Shown piece after piece: positions 21,347-29,351 of a stretch of DNA of 60,640 nucleotides (position 1 is its first letter; each line of letters opens with the position of its first letter). The position numbers and the translations under genes were made by a program. The notes below the pieces were generated by a model. It was given only the letters and a program-made list of their open reading frames with translations, did no database searches and had not been told where the DNA came from. This stretch comes from an uncultured SAR86 cluster bacterium. GTDB taxonomy: Bacteria; Pseudomonadota; Gammaproteobacteria; Magnimaribacterales; AG-339-G14. The stretch is from assembly GCA_902624765.1 (NCBI GenBank), contig CACNYO010000003.1, positions 1 through 60,640 on the forward strand, read 5' to 3'.

Positions 21347-21814
21347 ATGAATACTTCCAAAAAAAGTAACTTGCGACCAACAATTGAAAATCGACAAGCA
21401 AGATTTAATTATGAGCTTTTAGATGATTTTGAAGCAGGAATTTCTTTGGAAGGCTGGGAGGTAAAAAGCATCAGAAATGGGCAGATAGAATTAAAAAATG
21501 CTTACGTTGTTTTAAAAAAAGGAGAAGCTTGGATTATTGGATTGAAGATTCTTCCTATGAAAGAGATCACTTACGAAGTTTCATCAGAGAGATCTAGAAA
21601 GCTTTTACTTACGAAAGCAGAGTTATCTAAGCTTTTCAAACAAACAAATGAAAAAGGATTGAGTTGTGTTCCCATAAAAATTTTTTGGAAAAATAATTTA
21701 GTTAAAGTAAAAATTTCTGTGGCTCGAGGTAAATCAAAATATGATAAGAGACACTCGATGAAAAATAAGGAGTGGAGAAAGGAAAAATCTTCGTTAGAAA
21801 ATTTTTCTAACTGA
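21347..21814 (+). CDS. smpB: SsrA-binding protein
   Basis: NRQARFNY, EAGISLEGWEVKSIR, RKLLL and GKSKYDKR; adjacent to tmRNA. Confidence 0.96.
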   Translation: MNTSKKSNLRPTIENRQARFNYELLDDFEAGISLEGWEVKSIRNGQIELKNAYVVLKKGEAWIIGLKILPMKEITYEVSSERSRKLLLTKAELSKLFKQTNEKGLSCVPIKIFWKNNLVKVKISVARGKSKYDKRHSMKNKEWRKEKSSLENFSN

Positions 21815-21844
21815 TGATCATTAGATACAATTACTTGCTTTTTT

Positions 21845-22193
21845 GGGGGCGAACAGGATTAGACATCTTTCTTTCGAACCTTAAGTGCATGTCGAGATTG
21901 AGACGTTCTCGTTAAACAATTCTCAAAAAAATTAGTTGGCAAAAACAACTACGCACTAGCTGCATAATTAAGCTAGCTTCCTTACCCTGACTTCTACTAA
22001 GGGATAAGCGAAGTCGACTAGTAGAATGCTTGAAATGTGTTGTTCAGACGCATTTTGATAAGACTTTTCTGAGCTTACTCTTCTAATCCCTTTTCATCGG
22101 GCCATGGAAGTAAAAGAAAATTGATGAAATAAGCATGTAGATCTGAAGGTAAGAGTAAGTTGGACGCGGGTTCGATACCCGCCGCCTCCACCA
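21845..22193 (+). ncRNA. ssrA: tmRNA; tag reading frame 21938-21967 encodes GKNNYALAA*
   Basis: 5' GGGGGCG pairs with 3' CGCCTCC-ACCA, including the G3:U70 Ala determinant. T-arm GCGGG-TTCGATA-CCCGC. Internal frame ends YALAA-TAA after the resume context TTAGTT. Confidence 0.96.
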
Positions 22194-22210
22194 AAATTAA
22201 ATTGATTAAT

Positions 22211-24340
22211 CTATTTTATTGATAATCTATTTTCTATATTTCCCAGGATGAATGAAAAGATTTCCGAATAGGAATCCAAAATTATCTCAGTTGGAGTACC
22301 TGCACCATGTCCTGCTTCAGTTTCAATTCTAATGAGGATAGGATTATCTCCTCTTTGTAATTCCTGCAGAGAGGCAGCAAACTTATATGAATGAGCTGGC
22401 ACTACCCTATCATCATGATCCCCTGTTGTTATCAATGTTGCTGGATAAGAGACTTCTTTGATATTGTGCAATGGTGAATAAGATAAAAGGTAATTGAACA
22501 TCTCTTCACTTTCATCCGATGTACCATAATCATAAGCCCAGCCTGCGCCGGCAGTAAATTTGTGATATCTGAGCATATCTAGAACACCCACTGCAGGAAG
22601 AGCAACCCTAGCAAGCTGAGGTTCTTGGGTCATAACAGCGCCAACTAAAAGACCTCCATTTGAACCTCCTCTCAAAATTAAGTTTTCTGATTTTGTATAA
22701 CCCTCAGAAAAAAGAAATCTCGCGGCATAGATAAAATCATCAAATACATTTTGCTTTTTCATTTTTGTCCCAGAAAGATGCCATTTCTTTCCATATTCTC
22801 CGCCTCCTCTGATATTTGGAACCGCATAAACTCCACCTTTTTCTAGCCAATAAGCCATAATGCTACTGAAATTTGGAGTGAGAGAAATATTAAAACCTCC
22901 ATATCCATATAGGATTGTTGGATTTTTGCCATTTTTACTCAAACCCTTTTTATATGTGATGATCATTGGAACTTTTGTTCCGTCTTTAGAGGTATAAAAA
23001 ATCTGCTCCGATATAAATTTTTCAGGGTCAAAATTTATCTTTGGCTTAAAGTAAATTTTTGATTGACCATTCTTAGGATTGAAGCTGTAGATTGTGGGAG
23101 GTGTATGGTAGTTGGAGAAAGAATAGAAAAGCTCTTTATCCTCTTTTTTTCCTGAGATTGGAGAAACACTACCTATACCCGGTAGATCCACTTCTCTAAT
23201 GAGCTTTCCAGAAAAATCATATTGAAAAGTCTTTGAAATTGCATTCTGCATTAACTCTATAAATATGTATCCTCCTGAAGAGCTTGGACTCATTACAGAA
23301 TCCTGTTCTGGAATTAAATCCTTGGATCTATCTAAAGAAGGTTCTTGGGCTTGAACGGAAATAATTTTTTGATTATCAGCATTATTATTAGTTACTAAAA
23401 AAAGTTCATCATCTAGACTATCCAATAAATAAACATCGATAGAAAGATCGTCATTTATAGTTTTAATTTCTGGATTTTCATCTAAATGATTTATTAAATA
23501 GAGCTCATTTCCAGATGTCGAATTTGCGGCAGATATGATTAAGTATTTTTCATCCTCTGTTACGGAGGATGAAACATATCTTCTTTTTTGTTCAGCCTTG
23601 TTTCCAAAGATAATTTGATCTTTCTCTTGAGTATTTCCTAATTTATGAAAATAAAGTTTATGATTATTGTTCAAAGAACTTAATTCACTTCCTTCAGGAG
23701 CATCGTAAGTTGAATAGTAGATACCCTCATTACTTTTCCAACTTAATGAAGAAAACTTAACGTTGATTAGAGAATCTGATAACAATGATTTGGTTTCTGC
23801 ATCTAAAAAAAATACCTTCCTCCAATCACTTCCTCCATCAGAAATTGCATAAGCAGCAACACTTCCATCTTTACTAAAACTTATATCAGATAAAGAGATA
23901 GTTCCATCTTCACTAAACGAATTAGGATCTAAAAAGACTTCCTCAACTCCTTGAGAGTCTTTTCGGTAAAGCACTGATTGATTTTGAAGGCCACTATTCT
24001 TGAAAAAATAAGTGTAATTTCCTTCTCTGAAGGGCGAAGAAAATTTCTCATAGTCCCAAATTTGTTTTAATCCGTCTTTTATTTGCGCTTTTAATCCTAA
24101 ACTTTCGAAGTATTTATCAGTAAAGAGATTTTGATCTTCTATCCAACTCTTTGTCTCTTTATTCAGATCATCCTCAAGCCATCTATATGGATCTTGAATT
24201 TCTTTTGAAAAATATAAATCAGAGGTATTAACTTTTTTAGTCATGGGATAAATTGATTTCAAATTATTATTATTATTCATGCTTAACTGCTCGCACGATA
24301 ACAAACTAATGGAAATAAGGATTAGGGCTAGTTTTCGCAT
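22211..24340 (-). CDS. Prolyl oligopeptidase (S9A), predicted lipoprotein
   Basis: DPYRWLED, catalytic GGSNGG, DHDDRV and AGHGAG; N-terminal lipobox LLSC. Confidence 0.95.
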   Translation of the reverse strand: MRKLALILISISLLSCEQLSMNNNNNLKSIYPMTKKVNTSDLYFSKEIQDPYRWLEDDLNKETKSWIEDQNLFTDKYFESLGLKAQIKDGLKQIWDYEKFSSPFREGNYTYFFKNSGLQNQSVLYRKDSQGVEEVFLDPNSFSEDGTISLSDISFSKDGSVAAYAISDGGSDWRKVFFLDAETKSLLSDSLINVKFSSLSWKSNEGIYYSTYDAPEGSELSSLNNNHKLYFHKLGNTQEKDQIIFGNKAEQKRRYVSSSVTEDEKYLIISAANSTSGNELYLINHLDENPEIKTINDDLSIDVYLLDSLDDELFLVTNNNADNQKIISVQAQEPSLDRSKDLIPEQDSVMSPSSSGGYIFIELMQNAISKTFQYDFSGKLIREVDLPGIGSVSPISGKKEDKELFYSFSNYHTPPTIYSFNPKNGQSKIYFKPKINFDPEKFISEQIFYTSKDGTKVPMIITYKKGLSKNGKNPTILYGYGGFNISLTPNFSSIMAYWLEKGGVYAVPNIRGGGEYGKKWHLSGTKMKKQNVFDDFIYAARFLFSEGYTKSENLILRGGSNGGLLVGAVMTQEPQLARVALPAVGVLDMLRYHKFTAGAGWAYDYGTSDESEEMFNYLLSYSPLHNIKEVSYPATLITTGDHDDRVVPAHSYKFAASLQELQRGDNPILIRIETEAGHGAGTPTEIILDSYSEIFSFILGNIENRLSIK

Positions 24341-24367
24341 GAATGAATAAACTCTTTAAGTATTATA

Positions 24368-24396
24368 TTGACAAATTAGGTTGTTATCTTCATCAT
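24368..24396 (+). promoter_or_regulatory. Sigma70 promoter of rpsT
   Basis: TTGACA, 17 nt spacer, CATCAT; 9 nt before the ATG. Confidence 0.6.
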
Positions 24397-24405
24397 TCCG
24401 CTCCT

Positions 24406-24675
24406 ATGGCAAACATTAAATCAGCAATTAAAAGAGCTAGGCAAGCTAATAGAAGGAATGCCCTTAAGAGCTCTCAACGTGCTTCTGCGAGGACAAGCAT
24501 TAAGGCTTTTGAAAAAGCACTTGATGATAAAGATATTGAAGCTGCTGGGAATGAGTTTAAGAAAACTCAGAAACTGATGGACAAACTTGCAAATAAAAAA
24601 GTTCTTCCCAAAAATCACGTTGCAAGAACTAAATCAAGACTCAACAAAAAATTAAAAGCTCTTAAGTCAAATTAA
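24406..24675 (+). CDS. rpsT: 30S ribosomal protein bS20
   Basis: MANIKSAIKRARQ...KNHVARTKSRL; start moved to ATG 24406. Confidence 0.96.
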   Translation: MANIKSAIKRARQANRRNALKSSQRASARTSIKAFEKALDDKDIEAAGNEFKKTQKLMDKLANKKVLPKNHVARTKSRLNKKLKALKSN

Positions 24676-25437
24676 TTTCAATCTAGTTCTCTTTTTTTGG
24701 TTTTGCAGTGAAACAAATAAATCCTTTTCATGACCGCTTAGGATATAGCCTGTCCTTTGATTATTGATTAAGAAAATTTTCATAGCCGATAATTTAGTTT
24801 TCATGCCTCCTCTTCCTAACTTACCGGAATCTCCAAAAATAATTTTTTGATTTGAAAGTGCTTTGAGGCTGACTTCGTCAATAAGTACTGCGTCCTTATT
24901 TTCTCTTGGATCTTTTGAATATAAACCCTTTTGGTCTGTGTAAAGAATAAGTTTTTTTGAACTAATAAGATTTGCTAGTTTTGCACTTAATTGATCATTA
25001 TCTCCTTTCTCAATTTCTTCTGTTGATACAGAATCATTTTCATTGACTATTGGCGTTATACCCCATCTGAGGAGGTTATTAATGCTGGATTTAATATTGT
25101 TGGATTTTGTTTCAGATTTAAAATCACTATGACTGAGGAGAACTTGAGCAACCTCTATTTTGAATTTATCAAAATTTATCTGGTAGTCATTAATAAGCCC
25201 TATTTGGCCAACAGCTGATAATGATTGAAGTTGTTTAATATTCTTTGGTTTTTTTTCTATACCTCTTTTCTTCATTCCATAGGAAATTGCGCCAGATGAG
25301 ACTAAAACTACATCAAAGTCATTTTCTCTGAATTTCTGAATGCACTTGGCGAGTCTTTTAAAAAAAGCTGAATTTTCTCGACTTCCTTGAGAAATTAAGG
25401 AGGATCCTACTTTTATTACTACTACTGAATTACTCAT
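24667..25437 (-). CDS. proB: Glutamate 5-kinase (no PUA domain)
   Basis: VIKVGSS, VSSGA, AVGQ, PIVNENDSV, GDNDQLSA and GRGGMKTKL. Confidence 0.95.
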   Translation of the reverse strand: MSNSVVVIKVGSSLISQGSRENSAFFKRLAKCIQKFRENDFDVVLVSSGAISYGMKKRGIEKKPKNIKQLQSLSAVGQIGLINDYQINFDKFKIEVAQVLLSHSDFKSETKSNNIKSSINNLLRWGITPIVNENDSVSTEEIEKGDNDQLSAKLANLISSKKLILYTDQKGLYSKDPRENKDAVLIDEVSLKALSNQKIIFGDSGKLGRGGMKTKLSAMKIFLINNQRTGYILSGHEKDLFVSLQNQKKRTRLKLI

Positions 25438-26440
25438 TACTGTTAATCTCTATGATTTTTGTGCTGACCTTTTTGACTAGTTCGCTTAATCCTTCCCCAG
25501 TTATAGAAGATATTAAAAAAACTTCATTGTTGTATACCTTTTTTGCCTCAGATAAATAATCATTCTTCGACTCTGATTTTGTGTCTGCTTTAGTTAAAAC
25601 AATCCATTGTTCTAGCTTAGATAAAGATTCGTCAAATTCTTTTAGCTCTATATCTAAGGAATTCTTTTTTTCCTCTAAATCTTCAGGTTTGATTTCTGAT
25701 AAGTCAATTAGATGAAGTAACAACTTTACTCTAGATAAATGCTTTAAAAATCTTATCCCAAGTCCTGCTCCTTTGGCAGCTCCCGGAATTAATCCTGGAA
25801 TATCTGCTATTACATATGGATTGAGAGATTTAGCCTCAACCACTCCAAGATTGGGGGTTAGAGTAGTAAACGGATAGTCTGCTATTTTGGGTTTTGCCTC
25901 AGATATTCTTGAAATTAAGGTAGATTTTCCTGCATTTGGAAATCCTAAGAGACCAACATCAGCTATTAATCTTAGCTCTAACTGAAGCGATAGCTCTTCT
26001 CCCTTTTGTCCTTCTGTAGTTTTTCTGGGGGCTCTATTGGTAGATGACTTGAATCTTGCATTCCCTAATCCACCCTTTCCTCCAGAAACAACTTCAAAAA
26101 GATCGCCATCTTTTTTTAAGTCAGCTATCTCTTCTTCAGTTGATTCTTCAAAAACGACAGTACCAACGGGAACTTTTAAAATTATGTCACTGGCATCCTT
26201 GCCATGTTTATTTTTACCCTCGCCAGGAGAACCATTTTTAGCTTGGTATTTTTTTTGTAATCTAAAGTCTTGCAGCGTTGTTAAAGAGCTATCAGCTTTA
26301 AGAAAAATGCTTCCGCCTTTTCCTCCGTCGCCACCATCGGGACCACCCTTAGGAATAAATTTTTCTCTTCTGAAGCTCAAACATCCGTTTCCACCAGAGC
26401 CAGCTATTAATTGAATAGCAGCTTCGTCAATGAAGCTCAT
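25430..26440 (-). CDS. obgE: GTPase ObgE/CgtA
   Basis: GGNGCLSFRREKFIPKGGPDGGDGG, GFPNAGKST, YPFTT and DIPG. Confidence 0.97.
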   Translation of the reverse strand: MSFIDEAAIQLIAGSGGNGCLSFRREKFIPKGGPDGGDGGKGGSIFLKADSSLTTLQDFRLQKKYQAKNGSPGEGKNKHGKDASDIILKVPVGTVVFEESTEEEIADLKKDGDLFEVVSGGKGGLGNARFKSSTNRAPRKTTEGQKGEELSLQLELRLIADVGLLGFPNAGKSTLISRISEAKPKIADYPFTTLTPNLGVVEAKSLNPYVIADIPGLIPGAAKGAGLGIRFLKHLSRVKLLLHLIDLSEIKPEDLEEKKNSLDIELKEFDESLSKLEQWIVLTKADTKSESKNDYLSEAKKVYNNEVFLISSITGEGLSELVKKVSTKIIEINSNE

Positions 26441-26443
26441 TTT

Positions 26444-26704
26444 TTAATCTGCGGGAGTGATATTTATGAATTGTCTAAGATTCCTACCTTTTTTGCTGAA
26501 AGATACAGTGCCGTCAATTTTTGCAAAAAGTGTATGATCTTTTCCAATTCCAACATTTGTGCCAGGATGAAACTTTGTGCCCCTTTGCCTGACTAGAATA
26601 GAGCCAGCAGATACCAGTTGGCCGCCGTACCTTTTAACGCCCAGCCTTTTAGATTCAGAATCTCTTCCGTTTCTACTGCTACCACCTGCTTTTTTATGTG
26701 CCAT
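26444..26704 (-). CDS. rpmA: 50S ribosomal protein bL27
   Basis: [16 protein letters not shown]. Confidence 0.98.
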   Translation of the reverse strand: MAHKKAGGSSRNGRDSESKRLGVKRYGGQLVSAGSILVRQRGTKFHPGTNVGIGKDHTLFAKIDGTVSFSKKGRNLRQFINITPAD

Positions 26705-26706
26705 AC

Positions 26707-27018
26707 TTAAACCGAGATTTGCTCTATTTGAATTTCACTAAAATTTTGACGATGACCTTGCTTTTTCCTGTAATCTTTCCTTCTTTTCATCTTGATAATC
26801 GTTACTTTATCTTCCTTCCCATGTCGTAGGATTTTTGCAGTTACTTTTGCCCCTTCAATAAAAGGAGAGCCAAGAGTAACTTCGCCGTCTTTCTCAATTA
26901 AAAGCACATCAGTAATGTCAAAAGGTTCTCCTTCAGAAGCTTTAAGTTTCTCAACTTTAAGAATTTCTCCTTCAGCTACTTTATGCTGTTTACCACCTGT
27001 TTTGATTACTGCGTACAT
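26707..27018 (-). CDS. rplU: 50S ribosomal protein bL21
   Basis: [14 protein letters not shown] and GHRQ. Confidence 0.98.
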   Translation of the reverse strand: MYAVIKTGGKQHKVAEGEILKVEKLKASEGEPFDITDVLLIEKDGEVTLGSPFIEGAKVTAKILRHGKEDKVTIIKMKRRKDYRKKQGHRQNFSEIQIEQISV

Positions 27019-27041
27019 ATTTATATCAAAATTGAGGTCGA

Positions 27042-27070
27042 ATGATATCTAAATAAGTTCTTTGTCGCAA
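27042..27070 (-). promoter_or_regulatory. Sigma70 promoter of rplU-rpmA-obgE-proB
   Basis: TTGCGA, 17 nt spacer, TATCAT on the minus strand. Confidence 0.55.
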
Positions 27071-27114
27071 TAGATTCAATAAATCAACTATGATAGTTTG
27101 TACTTGAGAGATAG

Positions 27115-27636
27115 ATGAAATTTACAGAAAAGAATTCTTTCACCAAAGAAGAACTTCAACTTTGCTCGAAAGGAAAGCTATTTCATGAAAATGATGGAAA
27201 GCTTCCAAGCAGCAATATGCTGATGTTAGATAGGATTACTTCAATATCAGGAGATCAGGGTAATTACTCAAATGGACTAATAGAGGCAGAACTTGATATC
27301 AATGAGAATCTTTGGTTTTTTGATTGTCATTTCAAAGATGATCCGGTTATGCCCGGGTGCTTGGGTTTGGACGCAATGTGGCAAATTTTAGGTTTTTATT
27401 TACTTTGGTCTGGCAATCATGGAATAGGAAGAGCTCTTGGTGCCGGGCAGGTTAAATTTTATGGTCAAGTGCTTCCTCATGCTAAAACGGTTAAATATGA
27501 GATACATGTAAAAAGATTGCTCTCAACAAAAACTGTTCTTGGAGTTGCAGACGGATTAATGTATGTTGATGGGAAGGAAATTTATTCAGCGAAGAACTTA
27601 AAAGTTGGTCTTTTTGAGAACCCTAGTAATTTTTGA
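27115..27636 (+). CDS. fabA: 3-hydroxydecanoyl-ACP dehydratase/isomerase
   Basis: [24 protein letters not shown] and LKVGLF. Confidence 0.96.
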   Translation: MKFTEKNSFTKEELQLCSKGKLFHENDGKLPSSNMLMLDRITSISGDQGNYSNGLIEAELDINENLWFFDCHFKDDPVMPGCLGLDAMWQILGFYLLWSGNHGIGRALGAGQVKFYGQVLPHAKTVKYEIHVKRLLSTKTVLGVADGLMYVDGKEIYSAKNLKVGLFENPSNF

Positions 27637-28862
27637 TGAGCACTTTAAAAAGAGCAGTAATAACTGGAATTGGCGCCATATCTTGCATTGGTAACAATAT
27701 TTCTGAAATAACTAAATCTCTTAAACTGGGTACATCAGGGATACGTTTCAATGAATCGTACAAAGAACTAGGTATGCGAAGTCAGATTTCCGGCTCCATT
27801 AATTTAAATCTGAAGGATCTCATTGATAGAAAACATTTGAGATTTATGGGAGAAGCAGCAAGCTATGCCTATTTAAGCACTGCGGAGGCTATAAAAGACT
27901 CAGGCTTGGATCTATCAAGGTTTTCATCACAAGACGTCGGAGTAATTGCAGGTTCCGGCGGGGCATCTTCTAGAAGTCAGGTTGAAGCAGCAGATATAGT
28001 TAAGAGTAAAGGAGTTAAAAGAATAGGACCTTACAGAGTTACTCAAACAATGGGAAATACCGTCTCAGCAGCTCTTGCAACTTTTTTTGGCATCAAAGGG
28101 GTAAATTTCTCTATTTCTTCTGCATGCTCAACAAGCGCACATTGTATTGGATCAGCTCTGGAACAAATTCAATTGGGAAAACAAAAAATAATATTGGCTG
28201 GTGGCGCTGAAGATGAGCATTGGACAATGTCTAGTATGTTTGATGCCATGGGAGCGCTGTCTTCTTCATATAATGAGATTCCTGAGAAAGCATCAAGGCC
28301 TTTTGATAAAGACAGAGACGGTTTTGTTATAGCAGGAGGAGCAGGCATGCTCGTCGTTGAAGAATTAGATCATGCTCTAGAAAGAAACGCTGATATTTAT
28401 GCTGAAATTACGGGATATGGAGCTACTTCTGATGGAGATGATATGGTCCATCCATCCGGAGAAGGAGCAACTAATTGCATGCTAAAGGCTGTTGAAATGC
28501 ATGGAAAAGATAATATTGATTACATCAATGCTCACGGAACTTCAACTCCTGCTGGAGATCCCGTCGAGTTAGAATCTATAAAAAAAGTTTTCAAAGATAA
28601 AATTCCTCCCATAAGCTCTACAAAATCACAGACTGGACATACCCTTGGTGCCGCTGGATCCTTAGAAAGTATTTTTTCACTGTTAATGTTAAAAAATAGT
28701 TTTATATCAAAAACCCTTAATCTTTCTAACTTGATTGATGAAGGTGAAGGTTTAGACTTAGTTTCAGAAGTCAGAAATCAGGACTTGGATGCTGTAATGA
28801 ATAATAGTTTTGGCTTTGGGGGAACTAACGTTAGTTTAGTTTTTGAAAAGTTAAAATCCTAA
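27636..28862 (+). CDS. fabB: Beta-ketoacyl-ACP synthase I
   Basis: [18 protein letters not shown] and NSFGFGGTN; follows fabA through a TGATG overlap. Confidence 0.95.
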   Translation: MSTLKRAVITGIGAISCIGNNISEITKSLKLGTSGIRFNESYKELGMRSQISGSINLNLKDLIDRKHLRFMGEAASYAYLSTAEAIKDSGLDLSRFSSQDVGVIAGSGGASSRSQVEAADIVKSKGVKRIGPYRVTQTMGNTVSAALATFFGIKGVNFSISSACSTSAHCIGSALEQIQLGKQKIILAGGAEDEHWTMSSMFDAMGALSSSYNEIPEKASRPFDKDRDGFVIAGGAGMLVVEELDHALERNADIYAEITGYGATSDGDDMVHPSGEGATNCMLKAVEMHGKDNIDYINAHGTSTPAGDPVELESIKKVFKDKIPPISSTKSQTGHTLGAAGSLESIFSLLMLKNSFISKTLNLSNLIDEGEGLDLVSEVRNQDLDAVMNNSFGFGGTNVSLVFEKLKS

Positions 28863-29290
28863 AAAGGAATTTCATCGTCTATGAGCCCCTCCTCAGGTTG
28901 AGGACTAGAGCTATTCATCTGAGGGCTCTGATCCATATTATCTTCAGATCTTCGTCCCCCTAACATTTGCATTTCTCTTCCGATAATCTCTGTTGTATAT
29001 CTCTTATTTCCTTGATCGTCTTCCCAATCTCTTGTTCTTAATGATCCTTCAATATAAACAGAAGAACCCTTTTTTAAATACTCCCCACAAACTTCTGCAA
29101 TTCTTCTAAAAAAAACAACTCTATGCCACTCAGTTTTTTCCTTTTTTTCTCCAGTTTGATTATCGTTCCAGCTTTCAGATGTGGCTATACTCAAATTTGC
29201 AACTGCATCTCCTCCCGCCGTATACCTCATGTCAGGATCTTTCCCGAGATTACCAACTAATATAACCTTATTTATTCCGCTTCGAGCCAT
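28859..29290 (-). CDS. ssb: Single-stranded DNA-binding protein
   Basis: [24 protein letters not shown] and C-terminal DDEIPF; start moved to ATG 29290. Confidence 0.97.
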   Translation of the reverse strand: MARSGINKVILVGNLGKDPDMRYTAGGDAVANLSIATSESWNDNQTGEKKEKTEWHRVVFFRRIAEVCGEYLKKGSSVYIEGSLRTRDWEDDQGNKRYTTEIIGREMQMLGGRRSEDNMDQSPQMNSSSPQPEEGLIDDEIPF

Positions 29291-29351
29291 AATGCACCTT
29301 ATTTTTAATGTAAATTCATTATAATCCATCTGAAAGACTATTTATAAATAA

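Noticed and set aside
22170-22215. Possible genomic island at the tmRNA 3' end
   Set aside because: No integrase, no repeat of the ssrA 3' end seen in the window and no obvious compositional shift; core genes resume after one gene.
24262-24278. (AAT)n microsatellite encoding NNNNN in the peptidase
   Set aside because: Short in-frame low-complexity linker after the lipobox; too short to call a repeat element.
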